The position numbers and the translations under genes were made by a program. Shown in pieces: positions 1 to 12,849 of a stretch of 64,000 bases of DNA. Within the stretch, counting starts at the first letter, position 1. Each line of letters starts with the position of its first letter. The notes under the pieces were generated by a model, which saw nothing but the letters and a program-made list of their open reading frames with translations, ran no database searches and had not been told where the DNA came from. The stretch comes from Octopus sinensis (lineage: Eukaryota): NCBI RefSeq assembly GCF_006345805.1, contig NC_043008.1:70060001-70124000 (forward strand). The letters are read 5' to 3'.

Positions 1-166
1 AACTGACGTTGGCATATCTACATTCCTGTAACTTAGCTGTTCGGCAAAAGAGACCAATAGAATAAGTACTAGGCTTACAAAGAATAAGTCCTCGGGTCGA
101 TTTGTTCGACTAAAAGTGGTGTTCCAGCATGGCCACAGTCAAATGAATGAAACAAATAAAAGAATA
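1..166 (+). mobile_element. SINE family A, 3' part
   Basis: Matches the 3' half of the full copies at 43526 and 51775 (cctgtaacttagc..ttcggcaaaagagacc..ccagcatggccacagtcaaatga..tgaaacaa). Confidence 0.85.
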
Positions 167-401
167 AAAGAATATGTATACATATGTGTGTGTATATATA
201 TATTTTGATGATGATGGTTATATATATATATTCAGTAGAATGAGTTGCCACATCAAAGTGGCAGTTGAATGTTACTACTAGTTTAACCCTAGGCAGATTC
301 TCCACCAGGTAGTTTTCAATGCAGCATTCTGCATCCTTTCTATGCAATATATCACTAGCAGAAAGAGCGAACCCCTACTAACCTTTATCAGCTTACATGA
401 T

Positions 402-448
402 CGTGGGACTGACCCAGTTTCGAGCTAGTTGGCTCTTCATCAGCCGCA
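402..448 (-). ncRNA. Type I hammerhead ribozyme motif, intact core
   Basis: Minus strand reads ugcgg CUGAUGA a gagc-caacua-gcuc GAA acug-ggu-cagu C ccacg. Core is canonical, stem II 4 bp, stem III 4 bp, triplet GUC, stem I 5 bp with one mismatch. Confidence 0.75.
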
Positions 449-809
449 CACACCTGCACAATGGAGTGAAAGCTAGGATCCGCTTCTGCCAGTGATATAT
501 TGTAAATAAAGTGACCATCATGTTAGATGACTATTTTACTATCAAGGCGTTGTTTTACAGCTGATGCCCTTTCTGTCATTAACATTTATTTGTTCTCTGA
601 GTTCTTTTATTTCACATGTCTTTGAAAGTGCAAAGTGAGTAAATGATTTGTTGACAGATGTTTTTTGGCTTTAAAGATGCATAAATGACATAGGGGCTGA
701 GATTTTCATGAATGGAATTTATGAAACCTTGATAGGTGTAATGCAGGAAGCTGTTGACCTTTGAATCGATTTACTACCAAATTATTTGTGTGTGGGTGTA
801 TGTGAATAC

Positions 810-810
<1 letters not shown>

Positions 811-842
<32 letters not shown>

Positions 843-980
843 TAGTTAAGGTCCACGTTTCCATGTTTGAATTGGCCAGGTACAATTTGTTGAGGCATGT
901 TTTCAACAGCTGGATGCCTTTCCTGTTATTAGCCTTCGCCTGTTTCCAAGTATGAAACATGTTTTCATAGAAGACTGGAA
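811..980 (-). mobile_element. SINE/RTE-tail family C remnant
   Basis: (CAT)n tail plus cagctggatgccttt, the reverse complement of the family motif aagggcatccagctg. Confidence 0.55.
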
Positions 981-1034
981 ATGATCAACAAACAAACAAA
1001 CACATGCAAGCACACACACACACACACACTCACA

Positions 1035-1100
<66 letters not shown>

Positions 1101-1454
1101 CATGAACAGCCTTTCTAGTGACGTGTTTTGAATTGTATTAGATCATGGTGAGTTCTAATTATATCATTACATTATCTGTTAGTCACTTTTATAACCATTA
1201 TCATTTTAGCATCTATTTTTCCATGCTTGGACAGTTTGGACAAAATTTGCTGAAGAAGATTTTCCGCAGTCAAATAACCTTACTGTCACCAGCTCTATTT
1301 GTTTCCAAATAAGGTCATATTTCCTCGGTACCAGTTATGTTTTCATAGAAGAGTGGCAACAAAGTACATTGCTGCTTACATGACAGTGACATTCATTTAC
1401 ATATATCACACAATGTCAAGACAGGGAGACATAATCCATCCCCTACACACACAT

Positions 1455-1503
<49 letters not shown>

Positions 1504-2010
1504 CATGCACACACACAGACACACTCACACACATATATCCATGTGTGTGTGTGTATGCGTGCAATGGTCTTTTTTAAGTTTCCAATGACCAAATCATCTC
1601 AACAAGGCTTTGGTTGACTTGAGTCTGTAGTAGTAAACTTGCCCAAGATACCACACAGAGGAATTGAACCTGAAACCATATAAGCAAACTTCTTAATTGC
1701 AAGCCATACCTATATGTAGATTACAACAGCGACAGTCGTTTCTATAATATTCAACAAAACTGAACCAAGACAAATAATTCATAACCAATAACATGGGTTA
1801 GCATAAATCAGGCAACATTCCCTATGCAACATTGGTTCTTTTTTATTTCTGATGTGCATATCTTCCATACTTACCAATTCTGCTCACTCGAGTATTTCAC
1901 TGCTGTCAGCCGTGTCTCACCAGGAGGTTTTCATAGCTGAGTACATATGTCTCATTATGGAGGCCTAGTGTTTCTTCGCTTAACTCCTGTACAATATCCA
2001 GGTTTTGATA

Positions 2011-2346
2011 CTCTTACTCTTTACTTGTTTCAGTCATTTGACTGTGGCCATGCTGGAGCACCACCTTTAGTTGAGCAAATCGACTCCAGGATTTATTCTT
2101 TGTAAGCCTAGTATTTATTCTATTGGTCTCTTTTACCAAACCGCTAAGTTAAGGCGACATAAACACACCAGCATCGGTTGCCAAGCGATGTTGGGGGGAC
2201 AAACACAGACACACAAACATACACACACACATACATACATATAGATATATATACATATATATGACAGGGTTCTTTCAGTTTCCATCTACCAAATCCACTC
2301 ACAAGGCTTTGGTCGGCCCGAGGCTATAGTAGAAGACACTTGCCCA
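2011..2346 (-). mobile_element. SINE family A, 5'-truncated
   Basis: Reverse complement of the body of the 43526 and 51775 copies, including the internal (CA/TA)n tract. Confidence 0.9.
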
Positions 2347-3089
2347 GGAGTAGATAGGATGATTATTCTGTAGATCTTGTGCTTGATACCTGTGGAAATA
2401 TTTCATTATAACCAATATGAATAAATTACCTTACTTTATATCATGGTGAATGTTACAAAATATATGAAGATAAAGCCTTAATATTTGCAGACAAATTATT
2501 TTGTAATTAAAGGCAAGATGCTTCAATAGGTATGGTATTGAACCAACAGTTTACTGGACATCTGTGACATAAGTTCAAATATGCATCTGGTAACTAACCT
2601 CTTTAGTGGGTTAGCCACTTTGTGTTTTATTTTCTGTTTCCTCTGTTCATGTAGTTGCCTGATATAGGTATCAGATCATCTGGCAATGTTAAAAGTGGCT
2701 GATCCACCTAGCTGCCAGATAATGGTACCATAAAAATATCAGAATGTTATCTGTTGTTTACTCACCTAGCTTAAAGATGTCTGAGATCATCAGACATAAA
2801 TTATAAATGCTTCTATTCATTCACCAATGTAGTTACATGTATTTGTTTTTATCATGCAGCCTTGCTACTGATATTGTTGTTGTTGCCAGCCCTGATTAGC
2901 AGACCTATGAGCAAAACCATTCCAACTTTGACCCTCCCATTTATTTTCAGACATCACATATTTAAAACTGTACTATCCAAATTATGTATTTCTAAAGATA
3001 GCTTGGTGAAGTTTGGGAGATTTGGTTGCATTTGCATTTGTAACAGGTTGAGTGTTCATGAAGGGTATACTTTGTTAGCTCTTATTACA

Positions 3090-4085
3090 TAAGTGGTGTG
3101 GCTACAATATCGAACTACCAAATGGCTACAGTATTGAACAACTAAATTCAGTGGCTACACTATTGAAAAATTAATATATCCACCCATAAAGGTGCCAGCG
3201 TGGCTGTGTTGTAAGAAGTTTGCTTCCCCACCACATGTTTCTGGGTTCTGTCCCACTGCATGGCACCTTGGGCAAGTGTCTTCTACTATGGCCTCAGGTG
3301 GACTAGAGCCTTATGAGTTGATTTGGTGGACGAAAACTAAAAAAGCCTCCGTATGTATGTATGTATGTATGTATGTATGTATGTATATATAATGTGTGTG
3401 TGTGTCTGTGTTTATCTCTCCCCCATCACCACTTGACAACCAGTGTTGGTATGTTTACATCCCTGTAACTTAACAGTTTGGCAAAAAAGACTGATAGAAT
3501 AAGTACCAGGCTTGAAAATATAAGTACTGGAGTTGATTCATGTGACTAAGAATTCAAAGCAGTACCCCAGAATGGCTGTAGTCTAATGACTGAAACAAGT
3601 AAAAGATAAGATACATTCAGAGGTTATAATGTTGAACTACACATTCAGTGGCTACATTATTGAAAAATTAATATATCCGCCCATTCATTCACTGGTTACA
3701 GTATTGAACAACAAGCCTATCCTCTCATACTTTCTGTAGCTATATTATTGAACTATCTACCCACCTACATTTTGAGTGGTTAAAATATTCAGTGGCTACA
3801 GTATTGAACAACTATATTCAGTGGATACGCTGTTGAACTACCAACCTATACATTTAGCAGCTACATTATTCAGCTATCAACCTACAACCTATCTACTCAT
3901 ACATTCAATGGCTACAGTAATGAACTACCAAGCTACCCATCCATAGACTGATTGGCTGCAATATTGAACTATCAGCCTCTCCACTCATACATTCAGTGGC
4001 TACAATACTGAATGACCAACCCGCTTATCATTAAATTTAGTAGCTATTGTGTTGAACTATCACATTCAGTGGCTACATTACTGAA
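3090..4085. repeat. Degenerate minisatellite (core cattcagtggctacagtattgaactac), interrupted by a SINE
   Basis: More than 15 diverged copies of the ~30-45 bp unit on both sides of the SINE at 3191-3612. Confidence 0.8.
3191..3612 (+). mobile_element. SINE family A, full length, diverged
   Basis: tRNA-like head (tggctgtgttgtaag...gggttctgtccc), gcaccttgggcaagtgtcttc body, internal microsatellite, tgactgaaacaagtaaaaga tail. Confidence 0.9.
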
Positions 4086-4159
4086 AAAGCTCCCATGAAA
4101 TCCTAGATGTTCTGTTAAAATTCATTCCTGCTGATGTCATCATCAACATCATCTTCATA

Positions 4160-4650
4160 ATCATCATCATTTTATGTCCGCTTTCCATGCTGGCATGGGT
4201 TGGACAATTTGACTGAAGACTGGTGAGCCAGAGTCTGCACCAGGCTCAATCTGATCTGGCAAAGTTTCTACAGCTGAATGCCCTTCCTAATGCCAACCAC
4301 TCCAAGAGTGTAGTGGGTGCTTTTACATGCCTCCGGCATGAGGGCCAGTCAGATGGTTCTGGCAACGACCACGCTTAAAAGGTGTTTTTACGTGCTACCT
4401 GCACAGGAGCCAGTCCAGTGGCTCTGGCAACGACCACGCTCAATGTTGTTTTTCATGTGCTGGTATAGTGATGCTGGTAATGATTACGCTCAAATGGTGC
4501 TTTTCACATGTCACTGGCACAGGAGCCAATCCGTGGCCCTGGCAACAATCACACTCAGATGTGCTTTAATGTTCCACTGGCATGAGTGCCAATCAGGCGG
4601 TATTATCATCGGCCACATCAGCGATTTTGATTTGTTTACACTTGCCTCAA
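4160..4650 (-). mobile_element. SINE/RTE-tail family C with internal ~60-70 bp tandem subrepeats
   Basis: (CAT)n tail, ccgctttccatgctggcatgggttggac, tgcccttcctaatgccaaccactcc, then repeated ggtgctttt..ctggcaacgaccacgct units. Confidence 0.8.
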
Positions 4651-4892
4651 TTTCATGTATTTATGAAGTAAACTTAAATTGATATTGTCCCCCAACCCCT
4701 TTTCATCACTTGTGCACCTCCAGATCATTTGTAAATGTTATCTCCAATAAGAGACTATCTTCCTATCCCATAGAAGATTTATCTATCATCTGCTTCATGA
4801 ATTCAAACAAAAAAAAAAAAGAAAAAAAACCAGAGCCAATCACTGCAGCTGTTACCTGAGAGTACTTTGATAATGTTCAAAAGAAACTTACT

Positions 4893-4917
4893 GAGCTGCT
4901 GCTGCTGCTATTATTAT

Positions 4918-4964
<47 letters not shown>

Positions 4965-5010
4965 TAGCTGCTGCTACTACTATTACTATCATCTCTAATA
5001 CTGCTACTGC
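4893..5010. repeat. Compound trinucleotide microsatellite (GCT)n(TAT)n(TAC)n
   Basis: Read directly from the sequence. Confidence 0.95.
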
Positions 5011-6012
5011 ATTTTGGGAGGAATCAGAGAAAGTGCCAAAATCAAACTTCACATCAAGATAGCAACAATAAAAGAAAAAAATCTTTAAAAAGGTGAAACA
5101 AAAACAAGGAAAGTACAAAAATACAAAATAGCAACACAAAAAGAAAAGAGAAGAAAAATGGGGAGATGTTTACACATCCTCTTATTATTATTAGTGAAAT
5201 AATTCTCTCTTGAGATGTAATGAATATTCAAAATGAAAGCTGTCGTGCAGAATTTCTCTATGCCTGAATCTCATTAACAAATAGCTGAGACTTTTACTTC
5301 TCCAATGGTCAGAACAAAAATAAAAATTAGAAAATAGAAAAAGAAGAAAAAAATGACAATGATACTAACAACCCTCTAGCTTCTGTTTGATTGATATCTG
5401 TTTAAAAATACAATAAAACAGAATAAAAATGAATGAGATAGAACTAAAATGGACAGAGGGGACAGTTTCAAGCAAAATTCCAGTTGCTGCATATTGTATG
5501 TAGTTAATATTCATGAACCAAGTATATAGTCTCTAACCCTTTGTTGAATTTGCTAATCTCCGAACCCTTCTTCCACTACTTCATCATGTTGTTATTTTCG
5601 TATTTCGTTTTTTTTTCTGTTTTTGTTTTTGTTTTTGTTTGTCTTGTTTATCCATATTCTTCACTGTAATCCGTAATCCGTATTGGCTGCAAATAAAATG
5701 AGCAGTATCTTATCAATCAAATAGTTTGACAACATGGTATTGTATTTAACACTAAATGACCATAGGAGATATATCAACTTACTGGAATATTGAGAATGGT
5801 TAGTGCAGTTGGAACGATGGACTAGACTGGACTGAACAAACATGGTAAAACTGAATGCAATTGAAAATACACCACACACAAAAAAGAATGCATGCACATA
5901 TACATACACAAACAAATTACATTACATGTATCTTTTCTGTGTGTATACTTATATACACACACACACATAACATAAATACACAACTAAACTTATATAAATA
6001 AATACATTTATG

Positions 6013-6043
<31 letters not shown>

Positions 6044-6195
6044 GTATATATATATGTGTGTGTATGCAGGTATATATTTGTATATATAATGTGTGTTTAT
6101 AAATATTTCTCTTAGTACTGAGTTTTTGTACTTTGTTCATAGTTTTATGATGTGCTTAGTACATGATTCTACTGACAAGCATATCATCGACTGTA

Positions 6196-6227
<32 letters not shown>

Positions 6228-7758
6228 TGCATACAGTTATGTATGCACCTCCAAAACATTCTGTGTAATATGAGTATTTGTGTATATCATCAACATATAT
6301 ATGTGTGTGTGTGTTTCCTTCCTCTCTCTCTGTATATATATACATATATATGTGCTAGCATGGAAAGCGGACGCTAAACGATGATGATGATGATATATAT
6401 ATATATACACACATACATACACATATATATACATGTGATATATATGTGTATATAATGATATATAATGATGTATACAATGACTAGTATATTTGACATAATG
6501 TTGCAGATACTGGATACTGACCAATCTAGATTACACTAAAGTAAAAAGTTATTGTCTGATTGACCAATAAAGAGTCTCATTGATGTACACTAGGTGAATG
6601 ATGATGTTAATATCCACATGGCTAAGCTACTGCATAATGATCCATGAGGTCAGAGGTCGGTAGTGTAAGGCCTGTCTCTAGAACAGCATCGTGTTCTATG
6701 TGATTATCAGAATTAGCACACTGAAATCATAGGATGTAAATATAATTACTACAGATAATGTAGAAACAAATCATTGTTGAGCGGAATCGTGATGTATGGT
6801 GAAGAAATTGTCTTTACAACCATGTAGTTCCTAGTTTGATCTCTGCTTGACCAGTACCATATGAGTGGAATTTGGTAGAAAACTAAGTGAAACAATGGTA
6901 TGAGCCAACTAAATCTCCTGATAATGAGTGATTTTGAAACTATTTGTTACATGAACTGACTGGTTTCTATAATTTAAATACGTGTGCCTATGTATATCTG
7001 CGTATACATATATAAACACTCATATAGGCATATTTATACCAGAGGTGAAGGGTGCAAGTATGGCACTCATGCACTGCTTTCCTTACTTTCCTTTGCCGGG
7101 ATAAATAATTTTTGAGTTATATAAAATTAATTATTGATAATTTTTACTATCCTCATTGTACACATGGTACTTTTTTGGTATTTCCCACTCCTTCATTTCT
7201 TAGTATAAATTGTAAACAATTGATATTATTTAAAAAGTGTATGCAAAAAAAGATCCTGTTTGCTAAGTGAGAAAAGAAGTGAAAGCAATGAATTAATTGC
7301 TTTCCTTTTCCCTTTGAGTAGGAAGCCTGAAAGGAAAAAAACACAACAAAGGTGTGGGAAGTCACTGAGAGAAAGGCAGATGAAAGCACAATTTTGTCTG
7401 CTTTCAGTATAAGTAAGAAAAAGCAGTACTGTTAATTCTTTTGTATTTCGTTATTCTCTTCGAGAAGGGAGCATGAAAAAGGGAGACAAAAGAGGAAAAG
7501 GCAGAAATTTTATTGCTTGCCTTTCAGCCATGTTAAGCCAGCAGACACACTGTCAAAATATTTTATCCTGAAGTGCAGTTGTTTTTACCATCCTGTGCAG
7601 CAAAGATCAAAGAATTGCCCCTTCAAAAGACTTACAGCTTTTCTCATAGCCAGACATATTTAGACAAGAAATGCATGTTTAATCAATTTGCATGTTTGTT
7701 ATATAACTGATTCTGGTTTATTTCATATGATTATTCAGTACAGAAGAGTGTATATTTT

Positions 7759-8100
7759 ACTCTTTTACATGTTTCAGTCATTAGACTATGACCATGATAG
7801 GGCTCAGCCTTCAAGAATATTTAGTTGAATGAATCAACCCCAGTACTTTTGTTAAGTTTCATACATATTTTATCATCCTGCATTTGCCAAACCACTAAGT
7901 TACATAAACACACTAACAATGATTGTCAAGTGGTTGTGTTGGACACACACACACACAAGGCTTCTTTCCATTTTTGTCTACCAAATCCACTCACAAGGCT
8001 TTGGCCAGCCTGAAGCTGTAGAAGAGGACACCTGGCTCATGATGCCACACAGTTGAACTGAACTCAGAGACATATGGTACTTCTTACGACACAGCTATGC
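7759..8100 (-). mobile_element. SINE family A, diverged
   Basis: tgtttcagtcattagact..ctaccaaatccactcacaaggctttgg..gatgccacacag. Confidence 0.8.
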
Positions 8101-8479
8101 TTGCTTTTTAAAAAGATTTTACCCATATTCTTGATCCCTTCTTAAAACCTAAATCCAGTCATGCGACCACTACCCAGAATTTTCTTCTTCACTAGTTCAC
8201 ACTTGAGGTGAAAAGAAGCAACTAGCAAAGTTAATTTTTTTGTGATTAAAAAGTAAAGTTTTCATCCATTTGTCCATACCAATACTTCTAAAATTGAATT
8301 TTAAATATTCAAAATTATTTAAAAAGGTTAGATAAAAAAGAAAACTAGCCCTTAAATTGTTTGTCTGAATAAAGCTTCAATCCATTTAAAAATATTATAA
8401 CCCAGTAAAATATTTCAGACTTTCACTCAACCCCAGGATGGTAGTTTCCTTTCTGCTTAACTGACATTTTACAAGAAGC

Positions 8480-10410
8480 AACTTTGACGGGATGTCCCAT
8501 TCTGAACAAATTGTTCTGTTTCCCATGTCTGTTATTTTGTCAGGATAAGAACACATGGACTACTACTGGCTATTGCAATTTGCACAATTTGATTACAGCT
8601 TTGACAAAACACAAAAATCTCAGAACCATCTGAATTCTGTAATTGCTCTGAAAATCTTTGGCTGACAATGGATTGATACAGTAATCAATCACTGGAAAGC
8701 AGCTTTGAGTCAGTTCCATAATAGATCAGTGGAGGAAAATCATGATATATTGAAAAGGTTAATTCATAGTATTGAAATTTTGGCTTGTCAAGAATTACCA
8801 TTTGGCGGACACGATGAAACAGAAGAACCAAACAATAAGGGTAATTTTCTTACTATATGCGAAGCAGTAGCGGAATACAATGATTGTTTAAGATTGCATT
8901 TAGATTTTGTGAAGAAAAATGTCAACTGCACATTTTCTGAACTTTCAAAGTGATATTCAAAATGAGATCATTAATTGTATAGCAGCTATAATTGAAGGTA
9001 AAATTAAGGCAATGATTGAAAAACCAAAACATTTTTTGTTGCTGTTGTTTGATGAGACTACATATCTTCAAACGAAATTTCACTTGTTACACATTGTGCA
9101 ATTTGTTAATGAGAAGGAAAATCGCTAGAAAGAGTTTGGGGATATGTCAATGGCAACTGAAAATTTGTTAATGAATTCAACTGTGGTCAAAAATTCATTG
9201 CATAAACCGTTTGATGGAGTGAGCATGATGACTGGGCATTTGAATGGATACAAGCAAGAATAAAGATTTTTTTTGGTATGACTGTCATATTTGTACATTG
9301 TTATGCATACTCAATTAACTTGGTACTTTCTTAATTGACTTTAAATATTTCTGAAGGTCAAATTTTCTTCCAAACTTTAAAAGAAGTTTCAACTTTTTTC
9401 TCTAAGTTGAGAGCTCAAGTAGCCCTACAAGATGAAATTGTTGGATGGCACTTTCCAAAATTATCAGAGAAACATTTGACTTATTCATTGGGGCAAGTAT
9501 TCATTTTGTCCAACAAAATTACTGAATTTTCTGAGCTATTTTCAATTATATTAGAAAATCCAGAGGATTGGAGAGCTTCAGAATTAGCTCAAGTAAGGGG
9601 ATTCATTGCAATCCTAGAAGATTACCAGTTTAAAGTTTAATTAGTGGTTTCTGAAACCATATTGAGTGACTCAGAGATTCTGTTTTCAAGTTTTCAAAAT
9701 TTCAAATAACAATTGATTGATATTGTTGTGATAGGTGTAATTGCTGTATTAGTCATGGTGTGAGATTAGGCTGGCTGCATATATTACGAACAAGCAAAAC
9801 TTGCAAACATTTAACATCAGATTTATTTAAAGGAAGGCTGAATATGAATATATGCATAAATTATCAAATCCTCATGGTAGAGAGACTAGGTTATAGGGAT
9901 TGACTTAACTGTGGTTGCTCAGGCATTAGTTATGTTAAAGATGTGAGACTGCTGAATCTTCTTGAAGCTTTGTCCTTGATTTGCTTGGTAAGAGCTGAGT
10001 GGTGTTCTCTTCAAATGTCATGAGAGCTCTGGTTGGTTTATTGCTAAATTTCTTAACTGTAGAAAAGGGCATGAATCTCAAGGACATGTGAGATGATGTT
10101 CTAACTGGTAATCTGATCTCCTGCAGACTGATAGGTTGATAGACAGTGTTGACATTAAGATTGTATGCCCTAACTGTGGCTCACTCATGACAGTGAACTG
10201 ATAATTTTGTGAAAGCTGTTCAAATCGTAGGTTCTCACTGCAAATATCAAGAAAAACAGGTTTTGAAGAATTTTACTGCCAAGTTCTGGATGGTGTCACT
10301 GAACCATCAGAGAAGCATGGTTGATATCAAGAACCAGTAGTTATTGTAAGAACTTTGGATAACAACATTTTGCATGAAGTTATTGCTCATGTTGAGCAAA
10401 GATTTAAAAC
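8480..10410 (+). pseudogene. Degenerate hAT transposase (ZMYM1-like/DUF4371 type)
   Basis: Motifs occur in the expected order across frameshifts and stops: GCPILNKLFCFPCLLF (TTF-type Zn finger), LACQELPFGGHDE..NKGNFL, SDIQNEII, FDETT, FDGVSMMTGHLNG, IFVHCYAYSINLVL. Confidence 0.85.
9724..10192. mobile_element. ~470 bp insertion in the hAT relic, possible solo LTR
   Basis: Interrupts the transposase homology and has TG...CA termini (tgttgtga / tcatgaca). No clear target-site duplication. Confidence 0.3.
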
Positions 10411-10744
10411 ATCAATTTTTCCCTTTAAATATATTTATTTATATTATGGCATTACTATACATAAATGCCTCTTGCTAGGAGGGACCCTTAAAGTCAAAAA
10501 CTACCATAACAAACACATTGTACCGAATGCATGGGAATGCAACTCTCGAAGTGAGCCTTTTAAAAACAGCTTGAGCTGCAGATCATAGGATTTCATAATT
10601 AGTGCGCATAATGCACTTTTTAATCTTCATTGCAAGCATAATCAAGACACATAAAAATGAACAAAAGCAACATACCAGACGAACACCAATGTATCCAGCA
10701 TAGTACATAGAATTGTTCACACTTATATATCTATGTAAGATGCG

Positions 10745-11087
10745 GGCTTCTATCGGATTCTTTTGCCAAACTGCTAGGTTATGGGGATGTAAACACGCCA
10801 GCATCGGTTGTCAAGCGATATTGTGTGAACAAGGCGGTGCACTGGCAAAAACGTTAGCACACCGGGCGAAATGCTTAACAGTATTTTGTCTGCCGCTACA
10901 TTCTGAGTTCAAATTCCACCAAGGTCGACTTTGCCTTTCATCCTTTCGGGGTCGATAAAATTAGTAACAGTTACGCGCTGGGGTCGATATAATCGACTTA
11001 ATCCGTTTGTCCTTGTTTGTCCTCTCTGTGTTTAGCCCCTTGTGGGTAGTAAAGAAATAGATATTGTGGGGACAAGCACAGACACAC

Positions 11088-11154
<67 letters not shown>

Positions 11155-11250
11155 CATACACACACACACATGACAGGTTATAGTGGAAGATACTTGCCCA
11201 AGGCAAGAAGGACTGAACCCGGAACCATGTGATTGGCAAGCAAGCTACTA
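10745..11250 (-). mobile_element. SINE family A split by a family B insertion
   Basis: Family A reverse-complement segments at 10745-10830 and 11061-11250. Confidence 0.75.
10831..11060 (+). mobile_element. SINE family B (tRNA-derived head), full length
   Basis: aaggcgg..tggcaaaaacgttagc..gagttcaaattcc B box, central gcctttcatcctttcggggtcgataaa. Imperfect TSD gatattgtg(t/g)g(a/g)ac. Confidence 0.9.
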
Positions 11251-11359
11251 CCAAATAGCCACTCTTGTATCTATATATATATATATATATATATATACGT
11301 ATATATTGTGCATATATGTGTATGTATATAAACATATGTGTGTGTAATGTATATATACA

Positions 11360-11392
<33 letters not shown>

Positions 11393-11968
11393 CTATATAT
11401 ACGTATATATTGTGCATATATGTGTATGTATATAAACATATGTGTGTGTAATGTATATTTACATGTGTGTGTGTATATATATATATATATTGTGTGTATG
11501 TACATGTGTGTGTGTATTTATTCATATACAAATATACGTATGCACATGCATTTACATGCATGTATATATGTATACATATAATGAGAGCGTGTGACATTTG
11601 CTGAATGATTTGTGTTTGTTTTAACTGTTGATTACATGTGTAAATTCTGAGATAAATTACTGGAATAATAATTAAAATTTCTTGAGTATTTGCTTCCTTT
11701 TGGGTATTAAAAGATAACTATATTACTTAATTTTTGATCAACCCAGTCATAAATTCTCTTTTGCTGCTCTGTTCCTCAATACACATTGACAACTTTTATA
11801 TGAGTAGTTATCTGTCTGCTGTGCGTCTATTTGATAAGGATCTGCCTCAGGCTAAACAGTAACAACAGCAACAAATAATATTGAAACAACAACAAAAGCA
11901 ATTGTAAATGGTAATATCGACAAAAAGCATTGACAACTACAACAATAAATACTTCTCTGTTCACCTGC

Positions 11969-12183
11969 TTAATCCTTTCATTACCATATTTCTAATGAAA
12001 TTCACGGTCTTTATTTCAATTAATTTTTAGAATAATGAAGAATTTAATGAAATAACTTAAGCTGATGTTTAGAACATAAATTAACATGAAACTTCATTGG
12101 ATATTTTAATTTAAATCATTTTAAAGAAAGGATTTTATATCATAGGACTAGGGGCAGTTCCAGGCATGTACCAAAAAGCTTAA
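11969..12183. mobile_element. piggyBac-type MITE
   Basis: ttaa-tcctttcattaccatatttc ... taccaaaaagc-ttaa. Left end resembles the 56156 piggyBac end. Related copy at about 24255-24486. Confidence 0.7.
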
Positions 12184-12438
12184 CTCCACAGCAGTTTTGA
12201 TACTCTTACCTTCCCACTTCCCAAAATAGCTGCTTCTAAGGTGTTTGGGTTAAATTTGACAATTTGCTTAAAAGGAAAGAAAACAAAATATTCCATCCAA
12301 AAATAAAAGTATTTTAAAGAATTAAAAAATATTGACTAGGTTCACTGTGCAACAAAATTTTGATATTTTTTTTGTCTTTGGTTAGTAAATGTTATTTACA
12401 ATTTGCTTCTATCTAGTAATCAAAGGAAATAACAACTG

Positions 12439-12745
12439 TTCCTTTCAAACTTCACTTTTGTCCCCTGGACATCAATGTTTTGAAACTGACCTATTTTCCA
12501 TTACATTTCAGACAGATTCAGCACTGAGTTGCTGAAGCAGAAATATCCTTATAACAAATATTTTGCTCAGTACCACAGATTTGCTTGTTAGTTGCTTGAC
12601 CATAACCACTTGGGCATGTTCCTTGGTGGCTGATAATATGTGCATCTCTGACCATGATCAGGAGTAGTGGGAGTGCATTGTAGCATGTGTTGAGAAGGAT
12701 TCTTTGGGGTTTGAATTAATGTAACAAAAGCAAAGTTTGAAGGAA
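12439..12745. mobile_element. Inverted-repeat-bounded element containing a fragment of the 60895-61437 repeat
   Basis: ttcctttcaaacttcacttttgt / acaaaagcaaagtttgaaggaa. Interior 12548-12715 is the reverse complement of about 61185-61335. Confidence 0.55.
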
Positions 12746-12849
12746 ATATTAGCCATTTTTCATACTTTGTTGGGGATAAGAAAATAGGAAATAACAGTTC
12801 CTTCCCAAAGACAAAAATTGGGTTACACAGTGTTATGGCAGTGAGATAA

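Noticed and set aside
3090-4085. CRISPR-like repeat-spacer appearance
   Set aside because: Units are diverged with variable, related spacers. Eukaryotic context, no cas genes.
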